From: Gemmatimonadota bacterium
GTDB lineage: Bacteria > Latescibacterota > UBA2968 > UBA8231
Reading direction: 5' to 3'
Length of the DNA: 23,639 bases
Assembly: GCA_038153405.1 (NCBI GenBank)
Contig: JAYOYH010000059.1
Span: forward strand, 1-23,639
Each line of letters opens with the position of its first letter. Positions within the stretch are counted from its first letter, which is position 1. Positions 1 through 6,892 of this stretch are shown piece by piece. A model generated the notes under the pieces. It had not been told where the DNA came from, ran no database searches, and was given only the letters and a program-made list of their open reading frames with translations. The position numbers were made by a program, and so were the translations under genes.

Positions 1-566
1 TCCAAAAAGGGCTCTGTTGTGAACGAGTCCATTATGTAGTTGCCGACAAAGGGGTTGTATAGGGTCTGGGCGTTGTCCGAGCGGCGGAAATGGGCATCGC
101 CGTAGTTGATGTCGTCCATGCCCACCCGCACGCGCACGACTTGCATCACGTCGGACAAGAGTCCTTCGGAGACGAAGTCCAGATCGTCGATCTGTAAATA
201 GCCGCCCTTTACGTAGGCCTCGGTGTGGTGGCGAGAGGACAGGTAGGTGCGCAGGTGGACGCGCAGGCCCTTGGCCAGCTGTGCATCTACGTTCTGGTTG
301 GCCGCCGGCAGGTTAAAGTTATTGGCCAATTTATTGGGAAAGACCGAATCCACGGCGCTCTCCTGCGTCAGGCCCTGGAGCTGCAGGGCGAAGTCGCCGC
401 CCAAGCGCACGGCCAATCCCTCGAAGGGCACGTCCTCTTTGGCTACTTCGAATACGTTGATACCGGCTCTGCCCGCAGGCCTATCGTTGGCAATCTGCTG
501 TGCGACTACTTCCGTGGTCGTGCTCAAGATGCCAAAGAGTGCGATGAATAGTGCGAGTGCATACAT
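1..566 (-). CDS. Partial (3' end outside window) secreted, probably outer-membrane hypothetical protein
   Basis: Not in the ORF track because it runs off the window. Manual translation from ATG 566 gives MYALALFIALFGILSTTTEVVAQQ...GGDFALQLQGL...FNLPAANQNVDAQL...YLSSRHHTEAYVKGGYLQID...INYGDAHFRRSDN...YNPFVGNYIMDSFTTEPF. It is open for 188 codons, has a signal-peptide-like N-terminus and a strong SD AAGGAGG (574-580). It resembles, from recall, a Bacteroidota family encoded next to YceI genes. Confidence 0.8.
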   Translation of the reverse strand, partial: MYALALFIALFGILSTTTEVVAQQIANDRPAGRAGINVFEVAKEDVPFEGLAVRLGGDFALQLQGLTQESAVDSVFPNKLANNFNLPAANQNVDAQLAKGLRVHLRTYLSSRHHTEAYVKGGYLQIDDLDFVSEGLLSDVMQVVRVRVGMDDINYGDAHFRRSDNAQTLYNPFVGNYIMDSFTTEPFL

Positions 567-588
567 GATGTTTCCTCCTTTATAAGTG

Positions 589-1176
589 TTAAGGTTTAAC
601 TTCGAGAGAGACCGGGACAAAGAGCATGCTGTATGCAATCTGTACCTGTGGACTGGTCTTTAACATGCCCATCATGGCTGTCGGCGGTTTGACGCCGTAT
701 TCCGTCATGTCTATTTCGACGGTTCCCGATACATTTAAATCACCGTTGGCGAGTATTCGATACGTGCCAGTGACGTCGATATCGTTCGACACGCCGGCGA
801 GAGAAAGTTGCCCTGAAACGGCGATGGTGTCGCCGTAAACGCGTGCGGTGCGTTCGCCAGCGTGGAAGCGAATCTGCGGGTATGCTTCCGCGTTTAGTGC
901 GTCGCGCGTTTTGGAGTCCATGATCTTCTTTCCGCTCGATATGGATAGGACATCTGCGATGAAAATCAGGCTGTCGACGCCGACGAGTGCTCCATCTTCA
1001 GCATGAAAGCGCGCCGTTACCGCGAAGCTGTCCACGCTGCTTTCCCAGGCGTGAATTGAGGAGTTGCCTAGGATGGAAACGCTGCTCTCATCGGTTGCCA
1101 ACCTGTAGTCCACTTCGGCCCACGCTGAGCACCAGGTCGACAGCAGCGCCACACCAACGATAAACCATCTCATCAT
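589..1176 (-). CDS. YceI-family (lipid/polyisoprenoid-binding) periplasmic protein
   Basis: Signal peptide MMRWFIVGVALL...AWA; motifs S.VSILGNSSIHAW, MDSKTRDAL.AEAYPQIRF, G.LSLAGVS, IDMTEYGVKPP. Start moved to ATG 1176 (purine-rich AGAAGGTGG upstream). Confidence 0.85.
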   Translation of the reverse strand: MMRWFIVGVALLSTWCSAWAEVDYRLATDESSVSILGNSSIHAWESSVDSFAVTARFHAEDGALVGVDSLIFIADVLSISSGKKIMDSKTRDALNAEAYPQIRFHAGERTARVYGDTIAVSGQLSLAGVSNDIDVTGTYRILANGDLNVSGTVEIDMTEYGVKPPTAMMGMLKTSPQVQIAYSMLFVPVSLEVKP

Positions 1177-1208
1177 ACCACCTTCTTTCTCTCCGTTCAC
1201 GTGCAGGC

Positions 1209-1307
1209 CTACAGGCTCTTATACAGCAGTGCGAAAAGGCCCCAGCCAAAGGCGAAGAGCACTGGCAACAGGACTTCTTTAAGGTGAAAGGGCGCTTTGT
1301 GTTTCAC
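1209..1307 (-). CDS. Small single-TM membrane peptide, 32 aa (MKHKAPFHLKEVLLPVLFAFGWGLFALLYKSL)
   Basis: Strong SD AAAGGAGG 5 nt before GTG 1307; basic N-terminus followed by a hydrophobic stretch; lies directly upstream of the yceI gene on the same strand. Confidence 0.6.
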   Translation of the reverse strand: MKHKAPFHLKEVLLPVLFAFGWGLFALLYKSL

Positions 1308-1476
1308 GATGGCCTCCTTTGCCAAGATTTTTGTTCGCTCGAATGCGGCGTCACACAGCATTATGCAAGGGGTGTGCCAATGTGAAGACACTTTGCAAAA
1401 TAAAACGCAAGATCATTTTAATATGAGACTTATGAAAAAAACTTGCCCTTGTGTTAGGGGGCGTGAGAGATCGTTG

Positions 1477-1514
1477 TGAGACAAAGACAGCTCACATGAG
1501 ACGAAAACATCACA
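1477..1514. promoter_or_regulatory. Imperfect tandem repeat TGAGAC-N(7-9)-TCACA, putative operator in the divergent promoter region
   Basis: TGAGACAAAGACAGCTCACA (1477-1496) is immediately followed by TGAGACGAAAACATCACA (1497-1514); further TGAGA(C/G) copies occur near 1424 and 1464. Confidence 0.3.
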
Positions 1515-1765
1515 CAGCATGTGTCAATTTATAGAATGATCGATCATTTGTCCGATACGGACTTGTGTGGGCTGCTGCAGAGGTCTGGTCGCAGTAGTTA
1601 TCGCTGCCGATGTGCGGTGTCGCTATCGGAGTGTGCGGCTGCTCTGTAGTGTGTCCCGAACGGGTGTGCGCGCATGTCGCATAGACGGTGCATAGCGTGG
1701 TATATTCACTACCGAAGGGGTTGCCATTTCTCGTTTGTTTGTGCGTCGAGTCGGTATTGGGTCTA

Positions 1766-1792
1766 TTGACGAGCGAAGGTACCCATTATAAT
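1766..1792 (+). promoter_or_regulatory. Candidate sigma70 promoter for the second yceI gene
   Basis: TTGACG (1766-1771), 15 nt spacer, TATAAT (1787-1792). Boxes are near consensus but the spacer is short. Confidence 0.35.
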
Positions 1793-2018
1793 AGAGGCGT
1801 AAATCGTTCGTTATTATCGCGTGAGGGCGTCGCGATCTTTTCGCTGGGTGCCCCGGTGCACCGACGCGTTGTGCTAGGTGGTAGGCTGCCCGCTCCACAT
1901 CCAGCACGCCGTGCCGTCGTTTGATAGCGAAGTAGTCTCGGTGGGCCGTGCGCATGCTGGGCGCAAATAGATGCAGTTGGCCATGCGACGCTGAATCCTC
2001 TACCCCAAGCATTGTTGA

Positions 2019-2600
2019 ATGTCCTTTATGCGGATAGCCGTACTCTTATTTGTGTTGACCTTTTGCTGGACCTGCTTTGGCAGGGCGGCCGATCGCGTTG
2101 AAACGGTTATTGCCGAAGGCAGTATATTGGAAATTCGCGGGCGGTCCAACATAACGAGCTTTGCGTGCGAATACACCGAATTGATCAGCCCGGATACTTT
2201 GGTGCACTGGGTACTGTTGGACGATGCCGTGCGCGTCAAGCAGGCGCACCCCATTGCCCTCGGAGTCCGTGCGTTTGACTGCGGCAATCGGTTTATTACG
2301 CGCGATCTGCGGCGCACGCTGCAAAGCGACAGTTTTCCCCAGATGCACTTGCGTCTACATCAGCTAGATATAGCCGATGCGACGCCCTTTTTCGCACAGG
2401 TATATCTATCAATCGTCGGCGTCGAACGCCTGTGCACCGTGACCATAGAAGAAGTCGTGCGCGATGAAACGGGTCTGCGCGTGCGCGGTGCGGGTCAGAT
2501 CGATCTGAGCGCCTTTTCCATCCGACCGGTTTCGTCGATGTGGGGCCTGGTGCGCGTCGACGAACGCATCGACATCGCGTTTGATCTGCTGATACGCTGA
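2019..2600 (+). CDS. YceI-family protein (Cys-containing subtype)
   Basis: Signal peptide; GS.LEIRGRSNITSFACEY, FDCGNRFITRDLRRTL.SDSFPQM, IDLSAFSIRP...WGLVRVDERIDIAFDL. Confidence 0.8.
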   Translation: MSFMRIAVLLFVLTFCWTCFGRAADRVETVIAEGSILEIRGRSNITSFACEYTELISPDTLVHWVLLDDAVRVKQAHPIALGVRAFDCGNRFITRDLRRTLQSDSFPQMHLRLHQLDIADATPFFAQVYLSIVGVERLCTVTIEEVVRDETGLRVRGAGQIDLSAFSIRPVSSMWGLVRVDERIDIAFDLLIR

Positions 2601-2790
2601 GACACGGCCGGTTGGCTGCGGGTGAGTATCCCGTTGTAAAGAGGCGAAAAGCAAACCGCGTCGCTCGATCCTACCTCCCCAAAGCTCTTTTTGTATCCAT
2701 CGCCTTCGTTGCGGCTGAACCGCGTTGGCAATTAGGCACAGGTATTTGGTAACTGCGGCTGAATGTGTATTATTACGAGAGGCGCGTTGG

Positions 2791-2895
2791 GGCGCCTTCA
2801 GTCCGCGAGAAGGGCCAAGCCCACCCTCCCACAGAAGGCCTCTCACCTTCTTTCCGCCTGTAGAGCGCGGGCCCAGGCGATTTCGAGAGAGGGTG
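2791..2895 (+). ncRNA. Putative structured cis-regulatory leader RNA (multi-branch, with anti-SD strand)
   Basis: Nested pairings found by eye: CGCCU 2793-97/AGGCG 2875-79; GUCCGCG 2801-07/CGCGGGC 2866-72; GGGC 2812-15/GCCC 2819-22; GAAGG 2834-38/CCUUC 2846-50. CACCCUC 2822-28 is complementary to the SD region GAGGGUG 2889-95. Candidate promoter TTGGTA(2746)-16-TATTAT(2768) lies upstream. Confidence 0.45.
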
Positions 2896-2900
2896 TAGCT

Positions 2901-3191
2901 ATGTCCTATCCCATTTCTATCTCTGCTTTCAGTGATATCGCCGACCTCGGTGAAGATCAGATCCGGGAGATCATTGCGCGCGTTGGTCGCGATGATTTCA
3001 CCATCGCTCTGAAGGATGCTTCCGAGCCACTCAAGGAGCGCGTGCGCCGCAGCGTGACCGAGGCGGAGTGGCAGGCCATAGCTTCCTACATGGAATGGCT
3101 CGGCCCCATGCGGCTCAGCGATGTCATACTCGTACAGCTGCAGATTGTGCGCACGTTTCGCGGCGAAACGGGCGATGAACAATTCGTATAG
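2901..3191 (+). CDS. Stand-alone FliG C-terminal-domain protein (96 aa)
   Basis: FSDIADLGEDQIREIIARVGRDDFTIALKDASEPLKERV...YMEWLGPMRLSDVILVQLQIV matches the FliG_C pattern (F.DL..L.D..I..ll..V....L..ALK.AS..L.E......GP.RLSDVE.AQ..IV). Start ATG 2901 follows GAGAGGGTG. Confidence 0.8.
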   Translation: MSYPISISAFSDIADLGEDQIREIIARVGRDDFTIALKDASEPLKERVRRSVTEAEWQAIASYMEWLGPMRLSDVILVQLQIVRTFRGETGDEQFV

Positions 3192-3201
3192 GGAGGGTGA
3201 T

Positions 3202-3993
3202 ATGACAACGTCACGGGAATTGCCCGGCCGCCCGAGCCTAGAGAACCTGAGGAAACAAGCCAAAACGCTGCGCCGACAGATCAACGCCGGCGCCGACCAA
3301 GCTACTGATAGGGCACGGCAGCACCTGCCGCGCTTGGGCAGCGTCGACGCGGCGGATGTGGCTGCCGCTGGCGTAACGCTGCAAGAGGTCCAGTATATCC
3401 TTGCCGTCGAATATGGCTACGGCAAGTGGCAGGACCTGCTGGCCAGCCTCGACGAACAGCGACCCAAGAATTGGCCGCGCGCGATTCCCATCCGACCGGG
3501 CTTGCCCAACCTAGAGCGCGAAGCGGCGATGCTGCATCGCGCCGCTCAGGAAGGACAACCGGAGTGCGCCCTGCGCTTTAGGAAGAGCGTCGACCGCTTG
3601 GCCGATGTGCGCGGCGACGAGATCGGCGGCGCCAGCGTAACCTTAGAGGAGGCGCGGCAGGTCATCGCCACCGATTACGGCTACGCTAGCTGGGCCGATT
3701 TGGATGCGCAGGTAGGCCGACTGCGTCCTGTGCATACCTTCGAGAGCTTGGCCGATCTGGAGGACGATGAGATCCGCGAGATCATCGTTCGCGTGGGGCG
3801 CGATCGCCTCGCCATCGCTTTCAAGTCGGTCAGTGACCGCTTCAAGGATCGCTTCTCGGCCAACATGACCGCTGAGGAGTGGCAGACTCTGGTTGATGCC
3901 ACCGAGAAGCTGGGGCCCATACCGCTGACCGCAGTCGAGGCGGTGCAGTTGGAAATCCTGCGCAAGTTTCGCAGCGACGACCCGCTGGTGTGA
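3202..3993 (+). CDS. Protein with two tandem helical 'LP.RPSLE.LRKQAK...A.EYG...W..L' domains and a C-terminal FliG_C domain (263 aa)
   Basis: Repeat 1: ELPGRPSLENLRKQAKTL...VTLQEVQYILAVEYGYGKWQDL. Repeat 2: AIPIRPGLPNLEREAAML...VTLEEARQVIATDYGYASWADL. C-terminus FESLADLEDDEIREIIVRVGRDRLAIAFK...LGPIPLTAVEAVQLEIL is paralogous to the upstream gene. GGGAGGGTG precedes ATG 3202. Confidence 0.8.
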   Translation: MTTSRELPGRPSLENLRKQAKTLRRQINAGADQATDRARQHLPRLGSVDAADVAAAGVTLQEVQYILAVEYGYGKWQDLLASLDEQRPKNWPRAIPIRPGLPNLEREAAMLHRAAQEGQPECALRFRKSVDRLADVRGDEIGGASVTLEEARQVIATDYGYASWADLDAQVGRLRPVHTFESLADLEDDEIREIIVRVGRDRLAIAFKSVSDRFKDRFSANMTAEEWQTLVDATEKLGPIPLTAVEAVQLEILRKFRSDDPLV

Positions 3994-4005
3994 TGGATTG
4001 AGAAC

Positions 4006-4045
4006 CGCTCGGGTGGGTGCCGGTCGGTAGCTACCTACCCGAGCG
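4006..4045. terminator. Hairpin between convergent genes, possible terminator
   Basis: CGCTCGGGTGGGT...ACCTACCCGAGCG inverted repeat (one G-U pair) just after the 3993 stop; U-tract is poor. Confidence 0.45.
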
Positions 4046-4170
4046 CGTCGTTTCGCAGCTTTTCTATTGCACAAATGTTACAGTCGTCGGCTTCTCACAT
4101 CGGCTAAACAAATGAAGTCCTCGTCGTCTACGGTGATGCGGCTATCTGGTATATCGCCGTCACCTGTGCC

Positions 4171-5706
4171 CTACGAGAGCCAGTTGGTGCGATCCATGCT
4201 GCGGTATTGAATGGCTTCGGCCAGATGGTGCGGGCCGATGTGCGGGGTGCCCTCTACGTCGGCGATGGTGCGCGCCACTTTGCGAATGCGATCGTAGGCG
4301 CGCGCCGACAGGCCCAATCGTTCCACGGCCGTGACCAGTAGGGCGTCACCCGCTTTGCAGAGCCCGCAGTGCGCTTCCAATTGGCGCGGCCCCATATGCG
4401 CATTGCAGTAGATTGCTTCGCCGGCAAAGCGCTCCATCTGCCGTTGACGGGCGGCGTTGACGCGGTGGCGCACGTCCTGCGAACGCTCGCCACTTTCGCC
4501 CTGGCGCAGGTCGGCATAGTCTAGGGCGGGCACTTCTACGTGCAGGTCAAAGCGGTCGAGCAGCGGGCCGGACAGGCGCGCGCGATAGCGCCGCATCTGG
4601 GCCGGCGTGCAGTGACAGTGGCGTCGGGCATCGCCGCTATAGCCGCACGGACAGGGGTTCATAGCGGCTACTAACATAAAGCGCGCCGGATAGGACAGGC
4701 TGAACTGGGCGCGGGCAATGGTGACCGAGCGGTCCTCTAGCGGTTGGCGCAGTGCTTCGATGACGTCCTTGCGAAACTCGGGTAGCTCGTCTAAAAAGAG
4801 TACGCCGTGGTGGGCCAGAGAGGCTTCGCCGGGGCGCGGATAGGTGCCTCCGCCTATCAGGCCTGCGGCGGAAATCGTGTGATGAGGCGCGCGGAAAGGG
4901 CGCGCGGCGACGAGCGCTTGCTGGGGCGGCAGCACGCCGGCAACGGAGTGAATCTGCGTGGTATCCAGCGCTTCTTCCAAGGTGAAATCGGGCAGTATGG
5001 TGGGCAGGCGCCGCGCCAGCAGCGTTTTGCCCGAACCCGGCGTGCCGACGAAAAAGAGGTTGTGGTTGCCCGCCGCAGCAATCTCTAGAGCGCGCTTGGC
5101 GTGCGCCTGTCCCTTCACCTCTGAAAGATCTATATCGCCGGCCGTTTGCTTTGCAAAGACCCCTTCTATATCCAATGTGTAGGGCTGCATTCGCGCGCTG
5201 CCTTCGAGGACCTCGACCGCTTCGTGCAGCGTAGCTGCGCCGTATACCAGCGGATTGCCGGCCGTAGCGGCCTCGCGCGCATTGGGCGTTGGCACGACCA
5301 GTCCGTAGACGGCGCTCTGTCGCAGGCCCAACGCCATGGACAGTGCGCCGTGTATGGGCCGCACGGTGCCATCCAGCGAAAGCTCGCCGAGAAAGGCAAA
5401 GTCCGACAGGCGCGCGGGGCGTATCTGCCGCGAGGCGATGAGAATGCCCAGCGCGATGGGCAGGTCGAACGCGCTGCCCTCTTTGCGGCGGTTGGCCGGT
5501 GCGAGGTTGACGGTGACGCGTTTGCGCGGCCACTGAAAGCCGCTGTTGCGAATGGCGGCCAGCACGCGCTCTTTGCTCTCGCGCACGGCGCTGTCGGGCA
5601 GGCCGACGACGGTGAAGGTGGGCAACGAGCGGTCGGTGTCGACTTCGACGTGGACGGGATAGGCGTCGATGCCGTGCGTGGCGGCCGAGAGCACAGTGGA
5701 TGGCAT
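4171..5706 (-). CDS. comM: ComM/YifB Mg-chelatase-like AAA+ ATPase
   Basis: VVGLPDSAVRESKERV, VTVNLAPA..RKEGSAFDLPIA, Walker A GTPGSGKT, PFRAPHHT, Walker B LFLDELPEF, AMNPCPCG, SGPLLDRFD, LSARAYDRI. Start ATG 5706 (MPSTVLSA). Confidence 0.93.
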   Translation of the reverse strand: MPSTVLSAATHGIDAYPVHVEVDTDRSLPTFTVVGLPDSAVRESKERVLAAIRNSGFQWPRKRVTVNLAPANRRKEGSAFDLPIALGILIASRQIRPARLSDFAFLGELSLDGTVRPIHGALSMALGLRQSAVYGLVVPTPNAREAATAGNPLVYGAATLHEAVEVLEGSARMQPYTLDIEGVFAKQTAGDIDLSEVKGQAHAKRALEIAAAGNHNLFFVGTPGSGKTLLARRLPTILPDFTLEEALDTTQIHSVAGVLPPQQALVAARPFRAPHHTISAAGLIGGGTYPRPGEASLAHHGVLFLDELPEFRKDVIEALRQPLEDRSVTIARAQFSLSYPARFMLVAAMNPCPCGYSGDARRHCHCTPAQMRRYRARLSGPLLDRFDLHVEVPALDYADLRQGESGERSQDVRHRVNAARQRQMERFAGEAIYCNAHMGPRQLEAHCGLCKAGDALLVTAVERLGLSARAYDRIRKVARTIADVEGTPHIGPHHLAEAIQYRSMDRTNWLS

Positions 5707-5832
5707 GGCAGCTTCTTTCCGTAAGGTGGCGCGGAAAGAGCAACAAGAACTGTGCCGGGCGGATGGGTTCTCTGAAGGCAACTGCCGAGGTGAATACGAG
5801 CACGTCACCTGCAGGTGACATGGGCGCTACGC
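5707..5832. repeat. 126-bp direct repeat, copy A (comM upstream region)
   Basis: Matches 6650-6775 at 122/126 positions by manual alignment; contains the perfect palindrome GTCACCTGCAGGTGAC (5804-5819). Confidence 0.95.
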
Positions 5833-5863
5833 GGATTACATGGCCATGGCCGTCCGATGGGAT

Positions 5864-6241
5864 TTACGCTGCGATCACAGAAATCCCGTATTGCCTGATA
5901 GAGGTATCGCGGGTCACCAGCGTTAGGTCCTCTATTTTAGCCTGTACGATCATCATGCGGTCAAATGGGTCCTGATGAACCGGCGGCAGGGCGGCAACGG
6001 CTAGAGCGTGCGGAATGGTTATGGGCAGCGATAGGAAATGCTCTTCGGCCATGACCTCCTCGAGATTGTCCGGGGCATCCAATTTGCCAAGCGCCTTTTT
6101 GATGGCGATTTCCCACGCTGCAGCGGCGCTGACAAATACCAGATTATTGCTTTCGGCAATGGCGTTAAAAGCTTCTTCGGATAGGACGTTGGGATCGTCA
6201 AACCACCAGAGGACTACGTGGGTGTCGAGAAGCACATTCAC
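5864..6241 (-). CDS. vapC: Type II TA toxin, VapC/PIN domain
   Basis: LLDTHVVLWW, VSAAAAWEIAIK..LGKL, H.DPFDRMMIVQA, LVTRD. Start overlaps the antitoxin stop by 4 nt. Confidence 0.92.
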   Translation of the reverse strand: MNVLLDTHVVLWWFDDPNVLSEEAFNAIAESNNLVFVSAAAAWEIAIKKALGKLDAPDNLEEVMAEEHFLSLPITIPHALAVAALPPVHQDPFDRMMIVQAKIEDLTLVTRDTSIRQYGISVIAA

Positions 6242-6477
6242 GGCGTTTCACCCTTGAATGCAGCGGCTAAGCCCTCGGGCAACGGATCGAAGTCAGCGGC
6301 GACGTTGACCTTTCCACGCCACTGACCTCCCTGCCGTCGCGCTTGGCTGGGCGCGTATTGCACGAGTTTGGCAACGGGTTTACCCGCCTTGCAGATGACG
6401 ACCTCTTCGCCCCGCAGGACGCACTCTATGAGCTTTGATAGATGCGTCTTGGCTTGGTGTATATTGGTGGATCGCAT
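6238..6477 (-). CDS. Type II TA antitoxin, Phd/YefM family
   Basis: NIHQAKTHLSKLIE.V..GEEVVI.KAGKPVAKLV, followed by R..G.W.G....DFDPLP. Confidence 0.92.
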   Translation of the reverse strand: MRSTNIHQAKTHLSKLIECVLRGEEVVICKAGKPVAKLVQYAPSQARRQGGQWRGKVNVAADFDPLPEGLAAAFKGETP

Positions 6478-6503
6478 GAGGAGTTCCTTTGTGAAACACT
6501 ATA

Positions 6504-6526
6504 TTAGCTAACATTAGCTAAGTATA
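6504..6526 (-). promoter_or_regulatory. TA operator: two tandem TTAGCTAA palindromes abutting a TATACT -10 box
   Basis: TTAGCTAA at 6504-6511 and 6514-6521 (10-bp period); minus-strand TATACT at 6521-6526. Confidence 0.6.
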
Positions 6527-6549
6527 AGGTATATCGTTGGTATGTAAGA

Positions 6550-6649
6550 GGCAACGTCCCGTGTATCGCTTTCGCCGATCGGCCGGCGCGAGGTTGACGG
6601 TGACGCGTTTGCGCGGCCACAGAAAGCCGCTGTTGCGAATGGCGGGCAG
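6550..6649 (-). pseudogene. Decayed remnant of the comM 5' coding region
   Basis: 6581-6649 matches 5494-5562 at 66/69 nt (AIRNSGF.WPRKRVTVNLAPA). The first 48 codons, including the ATG, are deleted. A weak further remnant AIHGTLP corresponds to native PIHGALS. Confidence 0.85.
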
Positions 6650-6775
6650 GGCAGCTTCTTTCCGTAAGGTGGTGCGGAAAGAGCAACGAGAACTGTGCCG
6701 AGCGGATGGGTTCTCTGAAGGCAACTGCCGAGGTGAATACGAGCACGTCACCTGCAGGTTACATGGGCGCTACGC
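6650..6775. repeat. 126-bp direct repeat, copy B (comM upstream region)
   Basis: Matches 5707-5832 with 4 substitutions. Confidence 0.95.
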
Positions 6776-6819
6776 AGCCTACACGGGCGGCCAATCCACG
6801 CAGGGTTTGCCCTTTATAC

Positions 6820-6849
6820 TTGCCTGCAGAAATAGTATCGTCCTATACT
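6820..6849 (+). promoter_or_regulatory. Candidate sigma70 promoter for the cyclase gene
   Basis: TTGCCT, 18 nt spacer, TATACT; ends 43 nt before ATG 6893. Confidence 0.4.
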
Positions 6850-6892
6850 TCGTCGTGTCGCCGCATTGGACCTCCAACAGCCGATCGAAGTT

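Noticed and set aside
225..585. Plus-strand ORFs 225..551 and 247..585
   Set aside because: Antisense shadows of the real minus-strand gene 1..566, which has an SD and a signal peptide.
1475..1514. CRP or Rex site
   Set aside because: TGTGA/TCACA half-sites are separated by 12 or 8 nt rather than 6; kept only as an unassigned repeat.
1623..2018. ORFs 1623..2012 and 1688..1924, and a possible riboswitch in the long leader of the second yceI gene
   Set aside because: Translations are not protein-like. Only short hairpins are visible, with no recognisable cobalamin, TPP, SAM or c-di-GMP consensus.
4078..4170. 30 in-frame open codons after the comM TAG (GTGDGDIPDSRITVDDEDF...), possible readthrough
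   Set aside because: ComM already ends at its usual C-terminus (EAIQYR...), there is no recoding signal, and the length is compatible with chance.
4637..5821. 394-aa alternative-frame ORF and other long overlapping ORFs (e.g. 2409..3284, 10661..11329)
   Set aside because: Arg/Ala/Pro-rich off-frame or antisense products expected in GC-rich coding DNA.
5707..6775. IS element or CRISPR interpretation of the 126-bp repeats
   Set aside because: Only two direct copies, with no transposase, terminal inverted repeats or spacer periodicity.
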